Assembly (NCBI RefSeq): GCF_030028105.1
Contig: NC_092395.1
Span: 43,986,459 to 44,050,458, forward strand
Reading direction: 5' to 3'
Origin: Mobula birostris
Taxonomy: Eukaryota
Length of the DNA: 64,000 nucleotides
The translations under genes were made by a program, and so were the position numbers. This document shows positions 49,522 through 61,279 of the stretch, piece after piece. Within the stretch, counting starts at the first letter, position 1. Every line of letters starts with the position of its first letter. Below the pieces are notes generated by a model that was not told the origin of the DNA, ran no database searches, and saw only the letters and a list, made by a program, of their open reading frames with translations.

Positions 49522-49874
49522 CTTCTGGACCCTTCAGAAAAGATGCTTGAGCCATCAGTTGAGGAAATCTCTGCTAAAGCAGCTGGCACCTTAGATTGCC
49601 TGGTCGGTTACTGTCAGTGAACTTCCCTTTTATCAGCTAGACAGTGATCAGGTGTTCAATAAACAGTGAGGTGCAAACCAGAGTGGCCAAGCGGATCTCC
49701 AACAACACCTTCAGTTTTAGCGGCTCCCAAACGGAGCCCGTTATAGAGTGGAGCATTTTGAAAGAGTGCACTTTCCCACTGCTCGAGTCTGTGCCGGGCA
49801 CCGTAAGATAGCTGCTGAGCTCAACATTGAGCAGCCTCAACAACATCTGCACAGTCGCATAATCCAGCTGTTAA
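49522..49874 (+). pseudogene. Orphan IgL constant pseudo-exon (opposite strand to the other clusters) with an inverted internal patch
   Basis: Acceptor ttgttcccattccag, then LLDPSEKMLEPSVEEISAKAAGTLDCLV..IS*TV..EVQT..NNTFSFSGSQTEPVIEWS; an inverted C segment at 49773-49828; then AASTTS-TVA*SSC* (TAA 49872-49874) and 3'UTR homology (tagagcgtg). Confidence 0.88.
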
Positions 49875-50269
49875 ATAGAGCGTGGCTTCAGCTCATTCAC
49901 CTCCTCCACCTCTCTGCATTCTCTCTGTGTACCGTACACTGCATTTCTGTTCCATTCTCTGGCTTCCACTGTTGCTGGCACATTTGTACCCAAGGCTGAT
50001 TTTGCTCTGTTTCTCCCACTGAGAAGTTACACAGGGTTAAGTGACCTATTACTTGACTTCATTTGAAATTTCAACTGATGAATGGTTTTCTCTGCTTTGG
50101 ATGGATCTAATTAAAATAATTGATACATGTTTTTATGATCCATCATCAGTATTGCATTGACAGATGGTAACGGCAACTGACTAACAATAAAGATGAACAT
50201 TACCTGTATGATTTCCATGTGTAAGATTCGTTCTTTTAGCTGTTCTTCCCATTTTGACACTGAGGAGCA

Positions 50270-53200
50270 GGTGGCAGGAGGGATGAGGATGAGGAATGAC
50301 AGGTGAGAGACTATGGGTGAGGGATAAGGGGTGATGGGTGAGAGATGACGGATGAGGATGTGGGATGTTGGATGAGAGATAATGGGTGAGAAATGTTGGA
50401 TGTTGGATGATGTGTGAGGAATGAGGGGTGAGGGATGATAGGTGAGGGAAGATGGGTGAGGGAAGATGGATGAAGGATGTAAGATGATGGGTCAGGGGTG
50501 TGGGATGCTAGGTGTGATGAGGTCCTAAATTAACCCTATGAACTGTGCTTTTGAAAAGAGAGAGAGAGAGAGTTATTTAACACCGACATCTTGTTTTTAA
50601 GAGAGAGAGAAGGAAAGAAAGACAGAGATGGATTAAAAGGGAGATGTGGCAGCTGAGAGGTTTAGTTTCGGACCCTGATGATTTTTACAGCTCGGAAGGG
50701 CTTGTTTGTTTGATGAATTTAAAAGTTGTGTTCCTGATGATGTAAAGGCATTCCTAGATGCAGAGGATGTCGCCACCCTGCGGGGGTCTGCTAAGAAAGC
50801 ATAAAAAGTTGTTTTAACCCACGAGCTTGAGCTTACTCCAGATAAGAGTTTGCCAGAGAAGTGCTCGGAGGTTCGGGGTGACCTTGAATTTCAAACTGGG
50901 ACAAATGATGACAGCCCAGAAGAGGCAGCTGTCCTGATTGTCTGTGTTCAGGTTGTTGAAGAACCTGTGAACTCACAGAGTTCTGAACCTTGCGTTGAGA
51001 CTCAGTTAAGGTCTGTCTGAGGTGTCTGACTTGGTGGAAAGGAATGCAGTTTTTTTGTGTCAGATGATCTTGGTTCAGTGAATAAGGGGTTAACCTTAGT
51101 ACCAGTGGAAAGTGAGGATCCTCAGTCACTTGTATTAGACAACGAGCTAAAAGTTAGTGATGAGGTGAAAATTGCTGAGTTCAGTGTTGCTGAAAATAAT
51201 GGGAAAAGTGCTGTTCCTGGACTTTTGGATAAAGTACTTGTAAAGGTTGTATTGGTTGTGTACCCTTTGACCCTGCTTGCAGGACAGAGACCTGCTGAGG
51301 AAGGATGTGCTACTCTGTGGAATTTTGTTTGGACATTCGGAGGTAAACACCTGCAAGATGTTCTTCATGGTGATGTTGTTCAAGTTTGGGGTGTGGAGAG
51401 ACAAAACTTGGAGAGTTGTTGTGACCAGAAGCGACTATTGGTAGGAGTTGCTAGCGAGATAAGTCAAAGTTAATGTGGTAGGAATGGGATGAATGGATTG
51501 TTTGGCCTCTTCCACTATGCACACTTGGTTCTTATAAGTCTGGTGATGGTGATAAGTTTCGTAAACAATGTGGGAAGGTTGAAAGCTCTCCAAGATAAGG
51601 GTGACTTAACAATTCAACTGATGAGCAAAGCTGTTGCAAATGAACTACACAGAAAGACTGATTTTCATCCCCTGTGTGCAGATACTCAAAGCATGTTTGG
51701 GAAATCTGCTGAGGCCCATGATAGCAAAACCAGAGGTTTAAACTATGATGATGTGTCACAGACTTTTCTACTTTCCAGATTTCAGCAGGACTTAGAGGAC
51801 AGTAAAGCTGATGAGAGTAAGGTGTATGAGAAAGGAGTGTCCTTATTGAGGAAGGAATTTATAGAGAAACAGAAGCGAGATTCTGGAATGGTGGCTTTAA
51901 AGGAGATAGCTCTCACAGGATAGGAGGTTCAGAGAGAGACCATGGGCTATTACTTCAAAGTTGGGGTGTTGATAAGGAACTGCAGACCAGCCACTGTACC
52001 TGCAAGTGAGAATTGGGATATTGAATGCCAGGTGCTGTTTCCGAAAGTTTACAGGGCTGATATTTTAAACATGGCTCACAATATGCCTTTAGGTGGACAT
52101 TATGGAGTGAGAAGGACAGTGAATAGGATTATGAAGGAATTTTACTAGCCTAGTTTAAGAAACGATGTTGCGAATTTTTGCGGGATTTGCCAAGTTGAGG
52201 GGAAATCTAATCAGGTTATTCAAGTCGCTTTAAAGCACGAGGAAGAAATGAGACTAACTTTTGGATTTCTGCTGAGTTTGGAGAGAGGGGGCACCGAGAA
52301 GCTCCTAAGTCGCTATGGTGACCGATGGCGGCGTTATTTGATGGACAATCCATGTTATGGTTCCTCTGGAGCGTGTGTATACTTCCCAAGGACATGGCCT
52401 GCTAGTGCATTCTTACACAGACAGGGAGAGGAGGAGTTATTTGAATGACAGTTGGTACTCAGTACAATGAGATAAATAGGAAGTCAGATGATAGACCTAA
52501 GACACCATGTTTTTGGACACTGAATGAGCTTTGTTGTGCCAACAGAAAAAGTGGTTTTTTTGGAGGATCGATCAGGCGGACCGATCAGTGGCTCTTGCAG
52601 TCAGAAAATGGAGTGATCAGTAGGAAGTTGTCTGTGCAGCCCTTGCCTGGGTTGATGATTCCACCACAGAAGGACAGTCCCCTTTGTTGAAGTCACAGTT
52701 GGTGACTTTTAAAGGATTTCAGAGGACAACGGGAAGATCGATGGCGTCAGCTCATCTGAAGACTCAAATCTCTCCCTATCTCTCTCTCTCCACCCCTACT
52801 CAACTCAATACCACGGACTCAACTGAACTTTACTCATTATTGTAAGACTGTAACTATTTACCGCTAGACTTGAAGAAACTTGGTTTTCATATATATTCTA
52901 CACTTACTTAAATATAATCATTGGTAACATGTTTGATTTATCTGCATTTATGTTACTGTATTGCGTAGTTACTAATAAATATCATTAGTTAATTGCAATA
53001 CCGGACACCAAAGTGTTTTCCATCTTTGCTGATTCTTTAACCCATCTCGGAGTACGTGACATAGGTGTGGGATGATGGGTGCGGGAAGATGGATGAGGAG
53101 TGTGGGATGATGGGTGAGAGATGTGTGATCCAGAACAGGGATGAGGGGTGTGAGGGGATGGGTAACGGATGCCAGTTGAGGGATGAGGGGTGGGGAATGA

Positions 53201-53390
53201 TGGGTGAGTGCTGAGGGGTGAGGGATGAAGTGTGAGGGAAGATGGGTGAGGAATGACGGATCAGGGTGAGGGAACAGGAACAAGGATCAGGGGTGTGGGA
53301 AGCGGGACGTGGAATGTGGGATAAGATGTGAGGGATCTGCAACAGGGATGAGCGATGAGGGAACTGTGATAGGGATAAGGGATGAGACTC
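50270..53390 (+). repeat. G/A-rich low-complexity tract of GGATGA/GGGTGA-like units (50270-50512 and 53062-53390), split by a Gypsy element
   Basis: Direct reading; purine- and G-rich plus strand. Confidence 0.8.
50513..53061 (+). mobile_element. Internally deleted Gypsy (Gmr1-like) LTR retrotransposon
   Basis: Termini TGTGA...TGACA with a 4-bp TSD tagg (50509-50512 / 53062-53065). Gag-like EFKSCVPDDVKAFLD near 50710, a protease-region remnant near 51050-51170, and an integrase zinc finger AHNMPLGGHYG..FCGICQ (51942-52200). Confidence 0.85.
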
Positions 53391-53739
53391 AGCTCTCTGC
53401 ATCGGTGCGCTCCTGATTCCCATGAAGTAAGAGCAAATTGCTTCACTGCATCAGCTGTGGACACCGAATATCAGGAAAGAAGGACGGGAAGTCCGATTGC
53501 AGTAATGAGAATTTCAGCGATAGGAGTTTTGCTGAGTTAGTCACTGCGAAGGAGGTGGCAGCAGGAACCAGGGAAACCAAAAAGAGACATGGGGAGTTAT
53601 GTGGGCAATGTAGGGATCTCTGTAGCCATTTAATCAGTAACACACATGCCTCCTTGAATAATATTTGGGGTGTGACCTCTCAGTGGTTTACAGCAGCAGT
53701 TACTGACACTGTAACCAGTTCACAGTCTCAGTGAAAAAG

Positions 53740-55250
53740 GGCGCAGCTAGTTTGAGCGACTGTGATAGGAGATTCATTTGTTTGGGGCAGACAGCAGCTT
53801 TGGTAACTGTAGAGGAGACAACAGCATGGTGTGTAACCCCTCAGGTGTCAGCATCTAACAGCAGTTAAAGATCCTTCACTTGGAGCACAGTAAAAGGCCA
53901 GCATCATTGGGCACATTGGTACAAACACGATGGTTACAAAATGGGATGAGGTCCTTCACAGTTAGTATTGGGAGTTGGGAAATAATTCACAAAGCATGAC
54001 CTCCTGGGTAATAATCTCTGGATTGCACCCAATGCACATACTAGTGAGGGCAAGAACTCAACGATAGGCCAGAGACATGCATGGCTAAGGAGCTGGTGAA
54101 GGGCACAGTGATTCAGGTTCTTGGATCATTGGGATCATTTCAGGGACAAAAGTGACATGTAGAAGATCGATTGGATGCACCTGACCTGGAAGATGAACAA
54201 TATTCTGGCAGAGAGCTTCTTTGGTGTGACTCGATTTCAACTCGATCAACAGGGGAGTAGGACACCTGAGCAGCAAAGAGGCGGATGAGAAGTCAGGGAC
54301 AATACTGTCGCTAATGAGATAAATTTCAGTGGTCAGGATACATAGGGAAACAATAAAGGAAAAAGAAAAGACTGTAGGATCAAACTGCGTTTCAGTCAGT
54401 GCAAGAGACTGAACATGTGAGGTGGATAACAGCACATACAAAATGCTGGTGGAATGCAGCAGATCCAGACAGTATCCATAGGAAGAAGCACAGTCAACGT
54501 TTTAGGGTCTCTGCCTGAAACATCGACTGTGCACTTCCTATTGATGCAGTCTGGCCTGCTGTGTTCCACCAGCATTTTATGTGCGTTGCTTGAATTTCCA
54601 GCATATGCAGATTTTCTCGTGTTTGTGAAGTATGGTGGATACGTGGATTTGCTCTGAGGAGTGGATATTATTGCCGAACAGAAAGATCACTGAGGGAAGG
54701 GCAGGACTGGTGACTTGATGTTCCAGGAAACAGATGCTGCAGGCATGGCAGAGGTGCAGGTATGAAAGGAGTGAGAGTTGTCAATCTGATGGGGAGGACA
54801 TAACAACAGTAGTTAAAGAAGATAATCCAAGGTGATCATCAAATGAGGTCATTGCAGTGGAACCTAGAAATATGAATTCGATGGTTACTTTAATGTGGTG
54901 TTTTTTTTACATTTCCTCTTAATCAGTGGAAATTAGTGGTACAGATGTGTATAGAGCTTGCAGATAGTTGTAAGAGAAATAGGGCAAAGTTAATAGTAGT
55001 TGTTATTTCCAAACATAGTGCAAAGGGCATGGGAGAGATGGAGTTTGTCAAAGGTATCGAATAAGGTTCCCTTATATATTATCCAGAAGCCCCTAATAGA
55101 GAGAGCACAAAACTGATCCTCCTCTGATGGAATAAGGTCAGGTACATCAAGTGTCAATTGGTGAGCACTTTGTGTCCAGTAACTTTAATTCTGATAGTTT
55201 GTTTTTAATTGTTAAGTGACAATATGATTAGTCCTGAGCTTAGACAGGGC
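53740..55250. mobile_element. Degraded CR1 ORF1/EN remnants with a PLE tail at about 54420-54630
   Basis: VIGDSFV-like and GTN remnants; PLE terminus on the minus strand. Confidence 0.55.
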
Positions 55251-55689
55251 AAGTTTTAGAGGGATAAGGCTAAATCTTACCAAGTTTGATTGGGCGAGAC
55301 TGCTTTCTGGAATGGGACAAATGTCACATGAGAAGATTTTAAAAGTGTCACATCAACTGTCTCGAGATCGCATGTCACAGCTGGAATTTAAGAGAAGTCT
55401 GGCAAGTGTTGGGACTCTCAGCTGACCAATGGTATTACGCTCTGTCAGGGAAAGGGAGGCATACATTTAGTCTATCAACAACAAGTGAGACCTTCGAATT
55501 AGAATTAGAATTAGAATTTTATTTCTCACATCCATCTCACAACATGAGGGGGTGAAAATATCTTTATGTTCATCCCCGTCACTATGTAAAAGCATTAAGG
55601 AACTGAAAAGTGTGATGATTTTGCCTAAGCACTAAGATTGCATGCATAGTGGTTTTGTAGACATGTATGTACAGTCAGATATGTCATCA

Positions 55690-58150
55690 GATGAATGTGT
55701 ACCGATCAATCTAATGGCCTGTTGAAAGAAGCTGTCCTGGAGCCTACTAATCCTGGTCTGAATGTGGTTAAAGTGGCTCCATCCCCTGATGATCTTCCTG
55801 ACCCTTTTCATGCACCTGCTACAGTCAGTGTACTGAATAGAGGAAAATTCACATCCACAGATGCACTGGGCTGTCTATACCACTCTGCGATTGAGGGCAG
55901 TATAGTTCCCGAGCAGGCGGTGACATGTACATTCAAGATGCTGTCAATAGTGTCCCTGTAGAAAGTCCTGAGGATTTGAGGACACATGCCTACCTTCTTC
56001 AGCAGTCTGAGGTGAAAGAGGGGCTGTTGAGCCATTTCACAACATAGCTGGTATGTACTGTCCAGGTGAGATCCTCAGTGGTACTCCGAGGAATTTGAAA
56101 CTACTCACCCTCTCAACTACGGTCCCAGTGATATCAATAGGACCGAGGTTGTCTCCATTCCTCCTGTAATCCATGATCAGCTTCTTCAATTTTTTTTGAC
56201 ATTGAGGGAGAGGCTGTTTTCATGGCACCACTTCGTCAGGCATTGACTTCTCCTCTATAGGCTGCCCCATCATTGTCGGAAATAAGGCTTATCAATGTTG
56301 TGTCATCTGCACATTTGATCAGCAGACTGGAACTGTGGAAGGGAACACAGTTATGCCAGTGTAGTGCTTACAGGATGGGTCTCAGGACAAAGCAATGGGG
56401 AGCCCCTGTGTTGAGGGTCAAAGGGGCAGAGGTGAGGGAGCTCATTCTTGCCACCTGCCGGTGGTCCAACAGTAATACCAGGATCCAGCTGCACAAGGAG
56501 GTGTGCAGGCCAAGGTCTCTGAGCTTCTTGTTGAGCCTAAGAGGAATTATGGTGTTGAATGATGAACTGTAGTCTAAGGAAGAATATAGTATTAATGGTA
56601 AGACTCTTGGCAGTGTGGAAGATCACAGGGATCTTGGGCTCCAATTTCATAGAATGTTCAAAGCAGCAGCACAAGTTGACTATATGGTTAAGAAGGCGTA
56701 TGGTGTATTGGCCTTCATCAATCGTGGAATTGAATTTAGGAACTGAGAGATAATGTTGCAGCTATATAAGACACTGGTCAGACCCCACTTGGAGTACTGT
56801 GCTCAGTTCTGGTCGCCTCACTACAGGAAGGATGTGGAAACCATAGAAAGGGTACAGAGGAGATTAGAAGGATGTTGCATGGATTGGAAAGCATACCTTA
56901 TGACAATAGGTTGAGTGTACTCGGCCTTTTCTCCTTGGAGCGACGGAGGATGAGAGGTGTCCTGATAGAGGTGTGTAAGATGATGAGAGGTATTGATCGT
57001 GTGGATAGGCAGAGGCTTTTCTCCAGGGCTGAAATGGTTGCCACAGGAGAACACAGGTTTAAGGTGCTGGAGAGTAGGTACAGAGGAGATGTCAGGGGTA
57101 AGTATTTTACTCGAGAGTGGTGAGTGCGTGGCTGCCGGCAACGGTGGTGGATGCGGATACGATAGGGTCACTTAAGAGACTTTTGGATAGGTACATGGAG
57201 CTTAGAAAAATAGGGGTCTATGGATAAGCCTAGTAATTTCTAAGGTAGGGACATTTCTCGGCACAATTTTGTGGGCCGAAGGGCCTATATTGTGATGTAG
57301 GTTTTCTTTGTTTCTATGAAGCATTCTAGCATTACATCCCTCTTCTCCAGGCGAGTGAGGACAGTTTCTTGTGCTGTGGATTTGGCATCATCTGTCAATC
57401 GGTTGTGTCAGCAGGCAAATTGTAGGGGGTACAGTGTGAGCGGTAGCATGCGGCAGATGTAGTCCTTGACCAGCCTCTCAAACATTTGCTCTTGATTCAG
57501 GTGAATGCATCAGGAAGCCAATCGTTCAGTAATGCTACCTTTGATTTTGTTTGATATAGGGACAATGGTGGATGTTTTGAATCAAGAGGGCTCTACGCAC
57601 TGGAAGAGGGAAAGTTAAAAATGTCTGTGAACACACCAGGCAGCTGTGCCAGGCACACTTTGAGTACTCCTCCTGGGATGCCGTCCGGCTTGTGGCTGTT
57701 GACGCGATGGAATGGCTGACATACTGCAGCCGAGGAGATGAACAAGGAGCAGGTTGCGCTGGCGGCTCTTCACGAAGGTTCAGTGTTGACTGCCTCGAAA
57801 CAAGCATAAACAAGATTTAGCTTGTCCAGAAGAGAGGCTGCAATGTTGCTGTATCACTGAATTTCCCTTTGAAGTCTGAAAGGGGGTGCAGAGCTGGCCA
57901 TAAGCTGTGTGTGTCGTTGGTGCTGAGTGGTCTCTGGATTTTGTCCCTGTATTGATGTTGTGCTGTCTTGATGGCTGTGGGTAAGTTATAATGACATTTC
58001 TAGAGCTCCTGGTGGTTTCTGGAGGCAAAGGCTTTGTCTCGCGTGGTAGTGCAGAGCATACAGAACTACCAATCCAAGGTTTCCGGTTTGGGTAGGCCCA
58101 TGGCGATTTTTGGGTAACAATGTTCACAGTGCACTTCCAGATGAAACCTG
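55690..58150 (-). mobile_element. Rex1/Babar LINE split by a CR1 3' fragment (56575-57320, +)
   Basis: RML|DYSSSFNTIIP is split at the CR1 insertion; AQQPLFHLRLLKK..FYRDTIDSIL (55808-56035). The CR1 piece has RPHLEYCAQFWSP and a tail. Confidence 0.85.
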
Positions 58151-58850
58151 TGACCATTTCAACTCGGAGACATCCTCAATTCGGAACACATCCCACCAAC
58201 ATCTTCAAAGCAATCCAGTAACATGCAGTCTGATTGGTCAGACCAGTTTTCACTGTAACTAGGGATCGGTAAATGGCTTTCAATTTTGGTAAGTGTGAAG
58301 TGTCGAATTTACGGTTGTCAGACCAGGTAGGACTTATACAGTAAATGGTCAGACCCTTCAGAGTTATGAAAGAGGACCTGGGTGTATATGTATATAGTTT
58401 ACTAGAACTGACATTACAGGTGGGCAAGGTGGTGTTAGAAAGTACTTGGCACGCTGGCCTTAATTAGTCACGACACTGTTTAGGAGTTGGAACATAACGT
58501 TGCAGTGGTGCAGGATGTTTATGAAACTGCACTTGGAGTGCTGTGTACAGTTGTGTTCATTGTGCTATAGAAGAGAGATCATTAAATTAGAAAGAGCGCA
58601 GAGAACATTTATAAGGATGCAAATGCGACTTCAATTTTCAGTTTATTAGGACAGGATGTGTAGGACTGGGACATAATTCCTCGAACGGTATCGGTTTGAG
58701 AACTCACGATATAGAGGTGAAAAGTCATGGCGGTCTATAGAATGTAAATGTACATGGACTTTTAGCCAGTGAAGAGAGAAGTAAATCCAGAGTGAATAGG
58801 TTTCAGGTGAGGGTCAGTGTGTTAATACAGAATGTGGTGCATATGTAACA
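58150..58850 (+). mobile_element. Old CR1 3' fragment
   Basis: KCEVSNL, LHLECCVQLC, LERAQRTF remnants. Confidence 0.6.
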
Positions 58851-59479
58851 GGATATCTCAACTGGGTTCTGCGAGAGATCGTGATTAAAAACAAGCATTG
58901 GTTTATGAACTTTGTGGAATACCCGGTGCTAGCGCTCTCAGCCAGTACAGTAGTGCGCAGCAGGGCAGTGTTTACTTGTCTTTAGTCTATTCTTAGTTTT
59001 TAACGCGGGGTGGGGGGGTGGTGCTCTTGATAAATGATGAGTGCTGAAATGAATGGAGGAGATGATGCTCGGCTGATATTTGTGCGCGCTGTATTGCACG
59101 GAGAGAAGGATAGTAGGCTGTTAAGGAGCGTGATGTGCATTTTCCAGGCATTGGCTGGACTCACCCAACATAGACGGTGACGTCAGCATCTCCCTTACAA
59201 ATTAACCCCCCTAAATTTCCTATACACGCCGCCAACTGATTTACGGGAACGAACAGACTCTACCGGTGCTGTGTAAAATTGAGGGAAATTTTCATTCTAA
59301 GGAAGGAATTTTTATGCGCCAAGACTCAACTGTTGGCCTGCCGCTTTGCTGTTAGAAACGTTGCAAAATGTGGATTGTGTAGGTTAGAAGTGAATTGTAT
59401 TCTGAAGTGTTCCTATTTTTGCAGCTTTCAAATTTAGGTATTTATTCTACTGTTCTTTTCGATATTTTATTAACCCCTG

Positions 59480-60682
59480 TGTTTTGCAGACATGTCTGAC
59501 AGTACAGTCCTCTGAGTCATTTCACTGCACTAGTGCAAGAACTGACACATAAAAACTATTTTTACCATGATAGCTGTTTATCAATGGGTCTTACTTGTAC
59601 TGGTGATCCAAGTTTCCTGGTCCCTTGTGCCTCAACTGTGGCAAATAACTTTAAAATGCTCAATGTCTCTAGCAAAGTTCAAAAGACACTTAACTACAAA
59701 TCATAGCCATATGACACGTAAAAGTGCTTATTATTTCAAACGGCCATTGGAATCTCAACAGTGTAAAACTTTTGTTGATAAAGTCACAGTCAGTAAGAAA
59801 ATTCTGCAAACAAGTTATAGTAATAGAACTTCATACTCAGAAAAGGAAAAGTCACACAATTGGTGAGACCCTAATAATGCCAGCATGAAAAATTATAGTG
59901 GATAAAATGCTTGGACAAGATGCAGTTTGAGAAATTTATTTTTTTTTTACTCTCCTCAGTGTGATAAGTCAACATATTGATGACATGTCAGATGATGCTG
60001 AAGAGATTTTGTGTGATAAACTTAAAAACAACAGATTCTCTATCTAGGTTGATGAGTCAACAGATTTCACCAATACATGTCATGTTTTAACATTTGTAAG
60101 AATTATAAATGATGGTGAAATTCAAGAAAACTTTTTCTTCTGGTGCAAAGTTGCACAAAACAAGCAAAGCCAAAGATATATTTAATGTTTTGTCTTCACA
60201 GCTGCAAACAAAAGGTCTCCCTTGGAGGAATTGTGATGCATTACTTTATGATTTTTAGTAACTGTACTATTAAACATTGTCAATCAGTTTTCATATTGCA
60301 AATACCATTAATTAAAATCAATTTACAACCTTTATTTAAATTAAATATACTGAGCCTGCATTTTGAAAAATTAAATCCCATTTTGGCTTAAGCCATTATT
60401 ATGTTTTGAAAATTTATGAAAGGGAACAAAGAGATTAATTTTAAGTTTATCAGGTAAACTGAGCATAATACTTGTAATACTCGTTTTTTTTTCCAGGAAA
60501 GGTTGTCTAAACATTCTCTACTCAAAAGGGCATTGGTAATTATTTTTAGTTTGTTATATCTACAACTTACTGATCCAACTAATGTACTGTGAGCTGCACA
60601 TATAATAATTTTCATGCAGGGGTCCCTGAGAACTGAAAATTATTTCAAAGTTCCCTCAGTGCAAAAAGGATGAGTAAGGCTG
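59480..60682 (+). mobile_element. hAT (Charlie/Buster-like) DNA transposon relic
   Basis: LAKFKRHLTTNH..YFKR, RIDDMS-like and VDESTD..FVR..ENFFF transposase remnants. The right end ...gagtaaggctg is followed by atctagat (60683-60690), matching the NTCTAGAN Charlie target. Left end not resolved. Confidence 0.8.
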
Positions 60683-61279
60683 ATCTAGATCCTTCCAGTT
60701 AGCTAATCATTCAATTCCCTTCTTTAACAGGAGGTGTTTTGTGGACACAACTATTAATAGATATTAGTCTCAGTGGCTGAGCTGATGCACGAAAGAGATT
60801 GTGGATAGAGAACCAAACATTACATGTAAATTTGAGGAGATTATGTACAACATACAGGCGAGAACAGGCAAGGTCCTGTATCAACAGAAATGCATTATTG
60901 AACACTAGGTGGAATGTGACATCTCCTCCTCCTTGATCCACTACCATCACATTATCTAAACTTTGGCATATTTCACTTCAGATTTGGACCAAATCTCTCA
61001 TGACTATATTTGCATAAATACACCAACACATTATTTATGAATGCTTCTTTGATGATGCTGAGCTGTTTCGTGGGACTACATTGGATACATTGAATATGCA
61101 CCAATTTTTGTACCAGTGCACACATGGACATTTCTTACTGAGTTCTTCACTGCAGCTGTACTGTTTCTACAAAGTCTATTGCAGTTACTCAACAAGGTAA
61201 CCACAAGACACAGGGTAAAATTTGTCTGTTCTGCAATTTAATCATAGGTGATACAATTTTCTTTCCTCAGCCCCACTGC

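Noticed and set aside
55496-55520. Short tandem repeats ((GAATTA)n, (TATT)n at about 28478-28507, CR1 tails)
   Set aside because: Ordinary microsatellites or LINE tails. There is no repeat-spacer architecture, so no CRISPR-like array, and no rRNA or tRNA genes were recognised.
56795-56808. TACTGTG-CTCAGTT resembling an RSS signal joint (similar strings in other CR1 copies)
   Set aside because: It is the CR1 RT motif YC(A/V)QFW, with no nonamers.
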